A stretch of DNA of 64,000 bases, taken from positions 96,001 to 160,000 of the forward strand of contig CAWDFP010000007.1 in the NCBI GenBank assembly GCA_963801605.1. Direction: 5' to 3'. Numbering within the stretch: the first letter of the stretch is position 1; each line of letters begins with the position of its first letter. The notes beneath the pieces were generated by a model. It made no database searches. It was given only the letters and a program-made list of their open reading frames with translations, and was not told the origin of the DNA. Positions 41,528 through 52,524 of the stretch are shown in pieces. The position numbers and the translations under genes were made by a program. The DNA comes from an uncultured candidate division Zixibacteria bacterium. Its GTDB lineage: Bacteria; Zixibacteria; MSB-5A5; UBA10806.

Positions 41528-42285
41528 GGGCAATTTTGAGAACCGCCAGGGAAGCTAAAGGCCTAAGCGTAGACCAACTGGCAACCCTCACAAAAATAAA
41601 TCCGTCGTTTATCGAGGCAATCGAAAACGGCCGTTGGGATTTGCTTCCGGGACGAGTTTATTTAAAGCCGTTTACTAAGCTATGCGCCGAGGCGCTGGGC
41701 TTAAGTGTCTCCGAACTTTATGATAAGATTGACGGTTTGACGCCTGAAGATAAAAAAAGATACGAGGTTCCTGTAGCTGATCCAACGCCTGTCGCGCCGG
41801 GACCCAAAAGAGTCGATTACAAGATTCCGATAGTAGCGATCTCGGTGCTGGTGATCCTGCTTATAATCTCGTTCGTAGTGAAGCAACGTCAGGCGATGCA
41901 GGGAAGCACCAGGGGGGATTTTGTAATACCGGCCAAGACATTATTTAAGAGGGGAGAGATCAAATGGGAGCGGCCCTGGGAGCGGCCGTCAGCGAATCCT
42001 CAATTCAATCATGGGCAAAGACTTCGCCTTGAGACCACTAAGGAGGTATGGGCGCTTGTCATTGCCGACCAGGATACGCTCTATAAGGGCGCATTACCGG
42101 CCTTAAGCGGAAAGACTTTCATGGCGGATAGCATTTTCAGGCTAAGCCTTTCGCGCAACGATTGTGTCAGCGCTTATCTGAATGGCGCAAAGGTTGCCGG
42201 TATAGGCGCCAGTCCGAAGAAACTCGGTAATTTCGTAATAGCTCCAGCGGTAAAGGAAGAGAACAGCCCCGATGAAATTAAATAG
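41512..42285 (+). CDS. RodZ-like HTH membrane protein
   Basis: LGAILRTAREAKGLS HTH, one TM helix, C-terminal DUF4115-like region. Confidence 0.8.
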   Translation: MPESLGAILRTAREAKGLSVDQLATLTKINPSFIEAIENGRWDLLPGRVYLKPFTKLCAEALGLSVSELYDKIDGLTPEDKKRYEVPVADPTPVAPGPKRVDYKIPIVAISVLVILLIISFVVKQRQAMQGSTRGDFVIPAKTLFKRGEIKWERPWERPSANPQFNHGQRLRLETTKEVWALVIADQDTLYKGALPALSGKTFMADSIFRLSLSRNDCVSAYLNGAKVAGIGASPKKLGNFVIAPAVKEENSPDEIK

Positions 42286-42814
42286 ATTCGCGGAGCATTA
42301 TGCTAAATTTACCTACGATCGCATCAAGATCGAACCGGTGACGTTTTTGGAAGCGTCGCGGGCGTTAATGCCTTGCTTGATTTGCATGCCGCCAAAACTC
42401 GATCTGCTCAAACCTGCGGCGGAAATTCTTCCGGAGATAGCGGCGGCTCTGACGAATCGCAGTTTGAAAATAATGGTAAGTTCCAGCATCGATCCGGAAT
42501 CACATGGCTATATCAGGAAATTTCATGTCATTCATACCGAACCCGGTGATTATGACACATTTTCGCTTCCCAAAAAACACTTCATTGAAAAGGTATGTTA
42601 CGGCGGCATCGGCATTGCCATAGACCTCGATTTGCGGCCCAACATGTTTAACGCGGTATTGGCTCTTCGTTCCGGGGCAAAAGTGAGAACATCGTTTGAC
42701 AAAGCGGTAGGGCTCCCCTACTATAATATGATAGTAGGCCCGGGCGATCCGGAAAAAGATCCAAGGGCCTCATACAGGGTAATGGCTGACGTGATCGGCA
42801 ATTTCAGTTTCTAA
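42272..42814 (+). CDS. Hypothetical protein
   Basis: 180-aa ORF overlapping the upstream gene, in operon. Confidence 0.75.
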   Translation: MKLNRFAEHYAKFTYDRIKIEPVTFLEASRALMPCLICMPPKLDLLKPAAEILPEIAAALTNRSLKIMVSSSIDPESHGYIRKFHVIHTEPGDYDTFSLPKKHFIEKVCYGGIGIAIDLDLRPNMFNAVLALRSGAKVRTSFDKAVGLPYYNMIVGPGDPEKDPRASYRVMADVIGNFSF

Positions 42815-42825
42815 AGGAGAAATTC

Positions 42826-45800
42826 GTGTACTTGTCCCAGCTTGAGATACTCGGCTTTAAGTCGTTTCCCGAAAAAACAATTTTGGAATTTAGCGGCGAT
42901 GTAACCGCCGTGGTCGGTCCTAACGGCTGCGGCAAAACCAATATTTTAGATTCCATTCGATGGGTGCTTGGCGAGCAGCGTTCCTCCGCATTGCGAAGCT
43001 CCAAGATGGAAGAAGTAATTTTCAACGGCACCGCGGCGCTAAAGCCGCTGGGATTGGCCGAAGTCAATTTAACAATTAAGAATAACCGCGGTATTCTGCC
43101 GGTTGAATATGACGAAGTAGTCATTACTCGTCGTCTTTACCGTTCGGGGGAATCGGAATATCTTTTAAACAAAAGTCAATGCCGTCTAAAAGATATCATG
43201 GAGCTATTTTATGATACAGGTATGGGTCCGCATGCCTACAGCGTTATTCAGCAGGGTATGGTTGACGCCATTCTCTCCGATAAAGCTGAGGATCGCCGCA
43301 ATCTATTCGAGGAAGCCGCCGGAGTTACAAAATATAAACATCGCAAGAAAGAAGCGATTGCCAAGCTCGAAGCCACCCGGGCAGATTTACTTCGATTGGG
43401 CGATATAATCGCCGAAATTGAAAAACAAGTCGGTCAGCTTCGTCGGCAGGCTGCGCGCGCCCGGCAGTTCAGCCATCAAAAAGACGGCCTAAAGGCGCTC
43501 GAAATAAAATTAGCCGCCAGCCAAATATATGAATCACAGGGAAAGCATCATGAATTGGAGGCGAGGCGGAATAGCTTGCAGGACGAGCTAACGACCATTA
43601 ACGCCGAATTCGAAAAAGGCGAGATGAGCGTTCAGGAATCTCGTCTCAAAATGGCGGAACTGGAAAGCCAGGCATCGGAGAGGAGACAGGAACAATCGAA
43701 TCTCACAGCCAAAGCCGCCGAGATCGAAAGCGAAATCAAGCTCAATAAGCACCGTATCGAGACGGCTGGCAAAGAGATCGAGAACAGCAATACCGAAATG
43801 GCGGCGCTAAATAGCCGTATCGTTTCTCTGCGTCAGGGCGCTGATGATAATTCGACAAAGTTAGCAGGAATGGATAGCGAAAAGGAATCGCTCCTGGCTG
43901 GAAGCACCGAGCTTGAAAATCAATTATCCGAAAGAGCGCAGGAATTAGCTCCCTGCGAGGCCGCGGTCAACGAAGTTAGGGGCCGTAACACGAAAATCGC
44001 AGAAAAACTTTCGGCTTTAAAAGCCGAGGCCGCTTCGCTTATCGAGATGAAGCGAAATCTCGAAAAGAAATTATCCGAAGTTCGTCAGGACGCGGAGGTT
44101 ATCGATAGCTCCAGGAGCAAGGAGCAAGATAATCTATCGACTCTCGAGCGTCGGCACTATGAACTTGAACAAAATATCGAAGATATCAAATCAAAACTCC
44201 TGGCCAAAACCGAAGAGATATCAAAATTAGATGGTCAGCTTACACAAGATCGAGAGCAATTGGCAAAAGATAAAGCGGAGATTTCCGGGCTCACGGCCAG
44301 ACAGGAACTACTTGGCCAATTGATTGAAACGGGCGAGGGTTATTCCAGCGGAGCCAAAAGCCTCTTGAATTGGGATTCGAGGCCTGAGGGTATGATGTCG
44401 CCTTTTGCCGAAATACTGGAAGTCCCGGAAAAATATAGAGCCGCCGTTGCCGCGGCGCTTGGCGATCAGAGCGAAATCATACCGGTTAAAACTGCGAATG
44501 ACGCCCAAACCGCTATTTCTTATTTGAAAACAAATGAAGGCGGCAGGGTTAGTTTTCTGGTTATGGAAAAACTCAATTTGGCGGCTTTTAATTTTGAACG
44601 TCCCCAAAGCGCGCCGGGATTTTTGAGTTTTCTCGATGAGATTGTGGGGTATCCGGATCAATATCGTTTGGCGGCCAACCTCCTGTTGGGCCGCACAGCG
44701 CTGTTTGAAACAAGAGAGTCAGCCATTAACGCCGATGGAGATTGGGATAGTTTCGCCAAAGTTGATCTAGATGGCACCGTGATTTTGCCTCCAGCGATTA
44801 TCAAAGGCGGAAAAGCCGCCCAAAGTGTTATTGGACGGCGGCAGGATTTGAGCGAAGTCAAGGCGCTCATCAGTGAGCTTGCGGGTAAGATTGAAAAAAC
44901 GGAAGCTGAACTGCAAGAGAATTTAAGAATTCATCAAATCCAAAAGGATGAATCCGGAATTCTCGATAATAAATTGCAGCGAATAGATGACGAAAAGCGA
45001 AAAGTCGATGCCGAATTAGGGCAGATGAAATTTGATTTCAAAGAACGGCAAACAAAATATGATGCCGCGTTGGATCAAGCGTCCAGTTTTTCCGGCGAAA
45101 TAAAGAATTACGAACAAAAGCTTGAGCAGATACAAATTGATCAAAAGGCGCTCGAAATCGATGCCCACCAGGGGGCCGAGGAGCTAAACGAATCCTCCAC
45201 GAAGCTGTTAACGCTACGTGAAGAGGTTTCAAAGCTTGAAGGAAAACTTACCGAAGCGCGCATTAAATTAATCGAGCATGATGGCATGGCTGCCCAGCTC
45301 CGTTCCGATATCGAGCATGGGCAGGAGTTGTGCGCCGAGGCCGAAAAGATGATCGCCGCGCATAAAGCCAATATCGAGCGGGCACAGCAGCTGACTGAAA
45401 CTTCGAAAAATAAGAACGAGGAACTGGAAACATCGATATATGATATCTTTGCGCAGCGCCGCGAGGTACAGGATAAGCTTCATGAGGCTGAAGATGCCAT
45501 TACGGAGCATCGGGAAAACGCCGGGCGTATCGATGATAATCTTTCACGGCTCCGCAAAGAAAAAGATCGGCTGACATCAACCATACATGCGCTTGAGATG
45601 GAATTCCTGGAACAGGAATCAGCACGTAAAGCAATACTGGAACGTTTGCGGATGGAATTCAACATTGTATCTCTTGAACCTGCTCCGCTTCCTGACGGCA
45701 AAAGCTATGACGAGGTTAGAAAAGAAGCTGATGAAATTCGCATCCGGCTTTCAAAGATGGACCCTGTTAATCTCATGGCAGCCGAGGATTACGAGCGTGA

Positions 45801-46395
45801 AAAAGATCGTCTGGAATTTCTCATTCGGCAACGTGATGATCTGACCGACGCCGAGAACTCCCTCAAAGAAGCCATAAGCCGAATCAACATTACGGCAGAA
45901 ACGCGGTTCAGGGAAACATTCGCCCTGATTCAGGCTAATTTCGAACAGGTCTTCCTGACTCTTTTCGAGGGCGGTGAGGCGCGGTTGGAGCTCGAAAACG
46001 AATCCGATCCGCTCGAAAGCACCATTAAGATTTGGGCTCGGCCAGGCGGCAAGAAGCTGCTTTCGGTATCTCAGCTTTCGGGAGGGGAGAGGGCTTTAAC
46101 GGCAATCTCGCTGCTCTTTGGAATTTACCTTGTAAAGCCCAGCCCGTTTTGCATTTTGGATGAAGTTGATGCCCCGCTCGATGACGCCAATCTCCTGCGC
46201 TTTATCAAGATCATAAAGAAGTTTTCGGGCAGTACGCAGTTCATCGTGATCACCCATAACAAAATCACGATGGAAGCCTCCGATGTACTCTATGGTGTTA
46301 CGATGGAAACTCCCGGAGTATCTAAAGTGGTCTCGGTCAAGTTTGGCGACAATGGCAACGGCAATGGAAATGGGCACGGTAACGGTAATAACTGA
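42826..46395 (+). CDS. smc: Chromosome segregation protein SMC
   Basis: GFKSF, GPNGCGKTN, hinge region, LSGGE, ILDEVDAPLD. Confidence 0.98.
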   Translation: MYLSQLEILGFKSFPEKTILEFSGDVTAVVGPNGCGKTNILDSIRWVLGEQRSSALRSSKMEEVIFNGTAALKPLGLAEVNLTIKNNRGILPVEYDEVVITRRLYRSGESEYLLNKSQCRLKDIMELFYDTGMGPHAYSVIQQGMVDAILSDKAEDRRNLFEEAAGVTKYKHRKKEAIAKLEATRADLLRLGDIIAEIEKQVGQLRRQAARARQFSHQKDGLKALEIKLAASQIYESQGKHHELEARRNSLQDELTTINAEFEKGEMSVQESRLKMAELESQASERRQEQSNLTAKAAEIESEIKLNKHRIETAGKEIENSNTEMAALNSRIVSLRQGADDNSTKLAGMDSEKESLLAGSTELENQLSERAQELAPCEAAVNEVRGRNTKIAEKLSALKAEAASLIEMKRNLEKKLSEVRQDAEVIDSSRSKEQDNLSTLERRHYELEQNIEDIKSKLLAKTEEISKLDGQLTQDREQLAKDKAEISGLTARQELLGQLIETGEGYSSGAKSLLNWDSRPEGMMSPFAEILEVPEKYRAAVAAALGDQSEIIPVKTANDAQTAISYLKTNEGGRVSFLVMEKLNLAAFNFERPQSAPGFLSFLDEIVGYPDQYRLAANLLLGRTALFETRESAINADGDWDSFAKVDLDGTVILPPAIIKGGKAAQSVIGRRQDLSEVKALISELAGKIEKTEAELQENLRIHQIQKDESGILDNKLQRIDDEKRKVDAELGQMKFDFKERQTKYDAALDQASSFSGEIKNYEQKLEQIQIDQKALEIDAHQGAEELNESSTKLLTLREEVSKLEGKLTEARIKLIEHDGMAAQLRSDIEHGQELCAEAEKMIAAHKANIERAQQLTETSKNKNEELETSIYDIFAQRREVQDKLHEAEDAITEHRENAGRIDDNLSRLRKEKDRLTSTIHALEMEFLEQESARKAILERLRMEFNIVSLEPAPLPDGKSYDEVRKEADEIRIRLSKMDPVNLMAAEDYEREKDRLEFLIRQRDDLTDAENSLKEAISRINITAETRFRETFALIQANFEQVFLTLFEGGEARLELENESDPLESTIKIWARPGGKKLLSVSQLSGGERALTAISLLFGIYLVKPSPFCILDEVDAPLDDANLLRFIKIIKKFSGSTQFIVITHNKITMEASDVLYGVTMETPGVSKVVSVKFGDNGNGNGNGHGNGNN

Positions 46396-47309
46396 TGGTT
46401 TTTAATAAATTTTTCGCAGGCCTGAAAAAAACCAGGCAGGCGATCGCGCAGCGAATATCGGGCATATCGACGATTTTGGGAGGAGGCAAAGGCCTCGATC
46501 CCGAAGTCTTAGAAAGACTCGAGGAAGCCCTTATCTCCGCCGATGTTGGCGCTATAGCGACCGCCAAAATCATCGAGGAGCTAAAGAAGAAACGCGAGGA
46601 CGAAGATCCTCAAGTGGTCCTGGCGCGGATAATTGCCGAACGATTTAATAAAGCACAACAGACATCAACTATTACATCCACAGTTAAGCCGCATGTGGTT
46701 CTGATTGTTGGAGTTAACGGCTCCGGCAAAACGACGACAATCGCTAAGTTGGCTCATCGGGCAATCGAGAAAAAGGGCAAAGTCATGTTGGCGGCCGCCG
46801 ATACATTTCGGGCCGCAGCCGGCGAACAGCTTGAGATTTGGGCCGAGCGCGTGGGAGCCGAACTAATCAAACAGAAGAGCGGTTCCGATCCTGCGGCGGT
46901 GGCTTTCGATGCCGTTAAATCTGCCCAGGCGCATAACACCGATCTGGTGCTGATCGATACTGCCGGGCGGCTTCAAACCAAGACCAACCTCATGGAAGAA
47001 CTAAAGAAGATCAAGCGGGTAGTTGGCAAAGCAATGGAGGGGGCGCCTCACGAGGTGCTTTTAGTAATGGACGCTACTACCGGACAAAACGGACTCTCGC
47101 AAATCGAATTATTCAATAACGCTGTGGCGTTGACCGGGATTGTGATGACCAAGCTCGATGGCACATCCAAGGGTGGGGTGTTAGTGGCCGCGGCTGAGAA
47201 ATATGGAATCCCGATAAAATTTGTGGGGTTAGGGGAAAAGCGCGACGATTTAATCGAATTCGATCCTCAATCGTTTGCCGAGGCGCTGGTAGGTGTCGGT
47301 GGTGAGTAA
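46395..47309 (+). CDS. ftsY: SRP receptor FtsY
   Basis: [32 protein letters not shown]. Confidence 0.98.
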   Translation: MVFNKFFAGLKKTRQAIAQRISGISTILGGGKGLDPEVLERLEEALISADVGAIATAKIIEELKKKREDEDPQVVLARIIAERFNKAQQTSTITSTVKPHVVLIVGVNGSGKTTTIAKLAHRAIEKKGKVMLAAADTFRAAAGEQLEIWAERVGAELIKQKSGSDPAAVAFDAVKSAQAHNTDLVLIDTAGRLQTKTNLMEELKKIKRVVGKAMEGAPHEVLLVMDATTGQNGLSQIELFNNAVALTGIVMTKLDGTSKGGVLVAAAEKYGIPIKFVGLGEKRDDLIEFDPQSFAEALVGVGGE

Positions 47310-47706
47310 GTCAGTCACTATATCTTTAAACACCGAACGACGAAATCAGATTATCGATATAACCGCCAGGGTAGAGAAGATAGTCGCTGACTCCGGAGTT
47401 AAAGACGGACTGGCCCTGATTTTTGTGCCTCATACTACTGCTGCCATAACGATAAATGAAAATGCCGATCCCGATGTAAAATCCGATATACTTGGATACC
47501 TGGAAAAACTTATTCCTCAAAATGCCGGATTTCGCCATTCGGAGGGCAATTCCGATGCCCATATCAAATCGAGCCTGGTTGGTTGTCAGGTTATGGTTGT
47601 TATCGATGATGGGCGGTTAGTACTTGGTACCTGGCAGGGGATCTGTTTCTGCGAATTCGACGGCCCGCGGAGGCGAAACATAATAGTGAAGGTTATTGCT
47701 GATTAA
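47293..47706 (+). CDS. yjbQ: YjbQ/UPF0047 family protein
   Basis: PHTTAAITINENADP, NSDAHIKS, LGTWQG, EFDGPR; true start may be GTG 47302. Confidence 0.93.
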   Translation: MSVVSKSVTISLNTERRNQIIDITARVEKIVADSGVKDGLALIFVPHTTAAITINENADPDVKSDILGYLEKLIPQNAGFRHSEGNSDAHIKSSLVGCQVMVVIDDGRLVLGTWQGICFCEFDGPRRRNIIVKVIAD

Positions 47707-47721
47707 AAAAAAGCTTGTTCG

Positions 47722-47758
47722 TGCCTCAGGATGGTGGAAAACATCCATCTTGAGGCAT
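47722..47758. repeat. Dispersed palindromic repeat, copy 2
   Basis: TGCCTCAGGATGG...TCCATCTTGAGGCAT. Confidence 0.75.
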
Positions 47759-47796
47759 ATAAAAAGAATGGCTTTCATAATTTTCTCATAAAAACA

Positions 47797-49304
47797 TTAC
47801 TTAATAAATTCAACCTTAAGACACTTCTCAAGCATCTCTCCTTTCCGCCCGATGAAGTAAGTCCCCGAAGAAAGCGGCTGGTTATCAGTTCCCTTACCAT
47901 CCCAAATTATTCTTTGACTTCCCTTCTCAAAAGGGTATTGCCTTATTATTCTGCCCCCTATATCGTAAATATTTAATATGCCGGGTTCATTGGAAATAAT
48001 GGATATTGTAATAGAGGAATTAAAGGGGTTGGGATAGGCGGAGAGGGAAAAATCCGTTGGAGGAGATAAATCCGGCTCATCCACACTATCTGTAGAATCA
48101 GGAGTGAACTTTTTATAGTATATTTCACTTGCTCCGCTTTCCAATTCTTCCCGCCACGCAACATGGATTTTTCCATTATCAAGCGAAACTGAGGGATCAT
48201 AAGACTCACCTATTGTATTAGTGATTCTTTCTTCACCCTGCCAGGTTTGGCCGCTATTATTGCTTCTATTAAAGAAGATTTCATGCGCACCTTCATCATA
48301 GAAGCGCATATCAGACCAGACCATAATTAGAGTATCGGCCACAAAATCAATTTGGGGGTACCAAGCGGTATGATTATTAGTAGCTTGATATTCACCAGGC
48401 CAGCTAAGACCTCCATCGTTTGAAATAGCGGCAAAGATATCTCCATGAAATGAGTACTGAAAATACCTGAAATCCAAATACCCGGTTGTCAATCTGCTCT
48501 GTTTGTTTGTTACAGGCAAGGCATGCATCTGCAGACCAGTTAGGGGTATTGGGAGAAATCCAGATAGTATCAGACCAACTCCTTCCGGCATCGGTGCTTC
48601 TATAGCCAAAAACGTGACACTCATGCCTACTTGAATCGGCAGTTCCAGCCCATGCAATAAGTATTGACCCATGGCAATAAATCATCTTAATCGGCTGCGA
48701 TTCTATGGCAATAGGATGTCCGACTGTTATCTCATTGCTCCAAGATGGCCATAATTATAGGAATATGTGGCCCTAATAGGGACTCAAGGCCGGTAGAGTC
48801 ATTGTTATAACTGTAATAGACCAGAAATATAGAATCCCCTTTAACCGCTGAGACCGGATAGGTAAAATGGTTGGGATTGTTCGTATAGACGTAAGAAGGG
48901 GCGCTCCAGGTGGCTCCTCCATCAGATGACTTTCTTATTCCAATAGAGGAGATGTTCATAAGAGAATCGCCATCAATCCAGCTGACCAGCAAGCCCCTTT
49001 CAGTCGGATTCAGAGTGGGAAGAGCTCCCCTATGACCAGGTACATTGAGATTAATAATATTGACCCCAGGTATTACCGCCATCGGTGCTTCTAATATAGG
49101 AGACATTACTAAGCCCCATGTGAAACCAAACCACATGCACCGTATCTCTCTGGCAATTACCTGCGGGCTGATCTCATTGCCCCTATAGGTAAGGCGCACG
49201 TTTTCAGACCAGCCGGCATGGGCGGTATTTGCAGCGCATAATAATTGCAGAGATATAAAACTAAGTATGCACAGGTATGATTTTTGGGGGTTACAAATTC
49301 TCAC
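47797..49304 (-). CDS. Secreted BNR/Asp-box (sialidase-like) propeller protein with FlgD/T9SS-type C-terminal domain; several frameshifts
   Basis: Asp-boxes SSDGGATW, STDAGRSW, SNDGGLSW, SNNSGQTW in different frames; C-terminal FSLSAYPNPFN...YDIGGR...WDG...SGTYF. Confidence 0.75.
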
Positions 49305-49434
49305 AGCGGTTCCTTTCCGTTTGAAAAGAATTCCGGCATCCCGATGCAAATATAATAAGTAAGGTCCGTATTTGTCTATTGATTTATTGGGTATTTCCCG
49401 GCTAAGACGTTACCGAAAGGATATTAAATATTCC

Positions 49435-49463
49435 TTGCCGTAAATCAAATAATATTATAAATT
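49435..49463 (+). promoter_or_regulatory. Sigma70-type promoter
   Basis: TTGCCG-N17-TAAATT upstream of 49494. Confidence 0.5.
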
Positions 49464-49493
49464 TAGTGTCTAAACTATAATAAGGAGCCCTGG

Positions 49494-50165
49494 ATGAGTG
49501 CAGATAAAAGACCTACCAAACGTTCGATGAAGGAAGATAGATTAGTTTCAACCACCTTCAAAGCCACCGAGTATGTACAGAAAAATCAAACCCCGTTCAT
49601 TATCGGCACTTTAGCCCTAGTGGTAATCTTTGCCGCCGTAATGTTTTTCAGATGGAGCGGCAACCGCAAGAAAACCGAATCAGCCGCTCTGCTTTCCCAT
49701 GCCGAAATGCTGGGAGCGGTCGGCCAGATGGATCAGTATGCGGCCGAGCTTCAGCTTTTAGCCGATAATTACGGTGGAACGTCAGCCTCTAAAATTGCCA
49801 CCCTGCGCCTGGCTGACAACCTTTTTTCTGCCAAGCAATATGCTCAGGCCGAAAAATATTTTAATGAAGTACTCGATAATTACTCATCTGACATTATGGC
49901 CGCCGCCAGCGCCGCCGCCGGTATAGGCGCCGTCAATGAAGCTAAGGGAAATTTCGCAGAAGCCGCGAAGTACTATCAGCGGGCCGCGGATTACAAATCC
50001 GGCGAACTCTGGACTCCGGGATACCTGCTCAAAGCGGGACAAAATTTCGCAAAGGCCGGAGATAAAAAATCTGCCCAGGCGGCGTTCGACGAAATAAACC
50101 TGAAATTCGCAACATCATCTGAAAATAATATCGCCAAAAGGTCATTAGCCGAGCTTCAGAATTAG
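49494..50165 (+). CDS. Membrane-anchored TPR protein (YfgM-like)
   Basis: KED motif, one N-terminal TM helix, TPR helices. Confidence 0.8.
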   Translation: MSADKRPTKRSMKEDRLVSTTFKATEYVQKNQTPFIIGTLALVVIFAAVMFFRWSGNRKKTESAALLSHAEMLGAVGQMDQYAAELQLLADNYGGTSASKIATLRLADNLFSAKQYAQAEKYFNEVLDNYSSDIMAAASAAAGIGAVNEAKGNFAEAAKYYQRAADYKSGELWTPGYLLKAGQNFAKAGDKKSAQAAFDEINLKFATSSENNIAKRSLAELQN

Positions 50166-50189
50166 TCGGCTCCGGCACGGGCAGAAGCG

Positions 50190-52361
50190 ATGGCTCCGGC
50201 GGGGACTATAAAATATAGCGGCCCGAGGCTCAAACTCGGGTTTCTCTGGCATCAACATCAACCATATTATAAAGATCTCCTGACCGGAGAATATTTACTT
50301 CCATGGGTGCGCCTGCATGGCGTAAAAGATTATCTCGATATGGTTGAGATTTTGGATACTCACCCAAATCTGAAACAAACGTTCAATATGGTTCCATCGC
50401 TATTGGAGCAGCTTGATGATTATGCCAGGGGAGAAGCGCTTGATCCGCATCTGGCTCTAAGCCAGAAAAAAGCCGAAGAGCTAAGCGATGACGATAAAAT
50501 CCAGATGATAAATCTGATGTTTCAGGCAAATGCCGATACCATGATTAGCCCCTTCAAGCGCTACGCATTTCTTTTCAGGGATCGTCAGCGCGCGGTCGTA
50601 AATTGGACAAGCACTGAATGGCGAGATCTACAAGCGCTGGCAAATCTGGTCTGGATCGATCCCATGTATCGGACTAAAGGGCGGCTTCAAGAATTGATGT
50701 CGAAAGGGGAGGGGTATAGCGAATCCGAAAAACAGGAAATACTCGATGCCCAGAGAAAGATAATCGGGCAAATCGTTCCGGCATTAAAGAAACGTATGGA
50801 AAGCGGCCAAATCGAGGTATCGGTGACGCCTTATTTTCATCCGATTCTACCGCTGCTGTGCGATACATCATCCGCGCTGGTGGCAATGCCAAGCGCTCCG
50901 ATGCCTCAAAAGCGCTTTCAGCATCCGGAAGACGCCGAACGTCAGGTTGAGAATGCCGTAAATCTTTACAACAAATTATTTGGGCGAAATCCGCTTGGCA
51001 TGTGGCCATCTGAAGGTTCGGTTTCTGAAGATATAATTCCCATTATCAGCAAATATGGGATAAAATGGATTGCCACCGATGAGGAAATATTGGCTGAGAG
51101 CCTGGGTGTTTCCAGCCGATCCGATGATGCCTCGAGCTTAATGACATCCGGCCGGCTATATTGCGGTTATGAATTTGAGAAAAGCGGTAATCGAATCGCA
51201 ATATTTTTCCGCGATCATGCACTATCGGATAATATCGGATTTGTATATTCCGGTTGGGATGCCGAAAAAGCAGCTGATGATTTTATAGCCAAATTACAGG
51301 CCATCCATAAAAATATAATAGCTAAGAAAGTGGAAAATCCGATAGTACCGATAATTCTCGATGGTGAGAACGCCTGGGAATATTATAAGAACGACGGCCA
51401 CGACTTTCTGGAAGCATTATATAGCAGGATCGATAATACTCCCTGGCTTGAGGCAGTTACATTCAGCCAATTTTTGACTGACTCGCCCAAAATGGGGCAA
51501 TTGAAAAAACTGTTTCCGGGAAGCTGGATAAGTCACAATTTTGCGGTTTGGATCGGGCATCCAGAGGATAATCAAGCCTGGGATATGGTTTCCAGAGCCA
51601 GAGATGAATTGGTAGAGTTTCAAAAGAGCCATCCCGAATTCGATAAGAGGAAATTGGAGTTGGCCTGGAAAGAGATCTATATCTCCGAGGGTTCTGATTG
51701 GTGCTGGTGGTTTGGTCCTGACCATATAGGCCCAAATAACGATGATTTCGACAGACTGTTTCGATCCCATCTAGCCAATGTTTACCATTTTACCGACCGG
51801 GAGCCTCCGGCGGAGCTTTTCACACCGATTCGGTCCAATTTTATCGATGCGCACTACAATAAGCCTATAGATTTTATAAAGCCGGCCATCGACGGTAAAT
51901 TATCGCATTTCTATGAGTGGCAACAAGCCGGCTTTTTTGATTGCACCAAAGCCGGTTCAACCATGCATAAGGCTGAAAGGCTGATTTCGGGTATTTGGTT
52001 CGGATTTGATGAGACTAATCTATATTTCCGAATAGATCGCAGCGTTACGGTGGACCGCAGCCGCTTTGAGGGATTTAAGTTTCTTTTGGAGTTCTACAAT
52101 ACTCTTAAATCGGAATTATCCATTCAACCTAAAGAGAGGGTAATAAAATTCAATTCCAAGGATATTTCCGAGATAAAATTTGCCCTAGTCGATTTCTTAG
52201 AGTTTTCCATTCCGATAAAGATTTTATCCATACAAGGGGAAACCAAACTGTTGGTTCATCTTAGTATTATGGAAAATAATGAAACACTCGAGGTCTGGCC
52301 GCCGTCGGAGGCCCTAAGAATTGATTTGCCTGGGCCTGGATCGATTCCCTGGTCGGTATAG
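50190..52361 (+). CDS. Glycoside hydrolase family 57 (amylopullulanase-like)
   Basis: WHQHQPYY, HPILPL, WPSEGSVS (nucleophile Glu), ILDGENAWE (acid/base Asp), EGSDWCWW. Confidence 0.95.
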   Translation: MAPAGTIKYSGPRLKLGFLWHQHQPYYKDLLTGEYLLPWVRLHGVKDYLDMVEILDTHPNLKQTFNMVPSLLEQLDDYARGEALDPHLALSQKKAEELSDDDKIQMINLMFQANADTMISPFKRYAFLFRDRQRAVVNWTSTEWRDLQALANLVWIDPMYRTKGRLQELMSKGEGYSESEKQEILDAQRKIIGQIVPALKKRMESGQIEVSVTPYFHPILPLLCDTSSALVAMPSAPMPQKRFQHPEDAERQVENAVNLYNKLFGRNPLGMWPSEGSVSEDIIPIISKYGIKWIATDEEILAESLGVSSRSDDASSLMTSGRLYCGYEFEKSGNRIAIFFRDHALSDNIGFVYSGWDAEKAADDFIAKLQAIHKNIIAKKVENPIVPIILDGENAWEYYKNDGHDFLEALYSRIDNTPWLEAVTFSQFLTDSPKMGQLKKLFPGSWISHNFAVWIGHPEDNQAWDMVSRARDELVEFQKSHPEFDKRKLELAWKEIYISEGSDWCWWFGPDHIGPNNDDFDRLFRSHLANVYHFTDREPPAELFTPIRSNFIDAHYNKPIDFIKPAIDGKLSHFYEWQQAGFFDCTKAGSTMHKAERLISGIWFGFDETNLYFRIDRSVTVDRSRFEGFKFLLEFYNTLKSELSIQPKERVIKFNSKDISEIKFALVDFLEFSIPIKILSIQGETKLLVHLSIMENNETLEVWPPSEALRIDLPGPGSIPWSV

Positions 52362-52447
52362 GATCGTTAAAACCCAACGACTGACGCAACATAATTGAAG
52401 GGAGGTTGGATTTTGGCCAACCCTTACCCCGTTCTAACCTTATTACA

Positions 52448-52475
52448 ATGTCCTATAAGATATATTATGTAAACT
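52448..52475. other. dif site (XerC/XerD recombination site)
   Basis: ATGTCCTATAA-GATATA-TTATGTAAACT, 11-6-11 layout; right arm matches the B. subtilis dif arm; lies where gene orientation flips. Confidence 0.85.
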
Positions 52476-52524
52476 TACGATACGGATAGACCGCTCTTTC
52501 CGAGCCAAAGCTTCCTCTTTTGGG

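Noticed and set aside
46345..46395. GN-repeat tail of SMC (GDNGNGNGNGHGNGNN)
   Set aside because: Short low-complexity tail with no evidence of function
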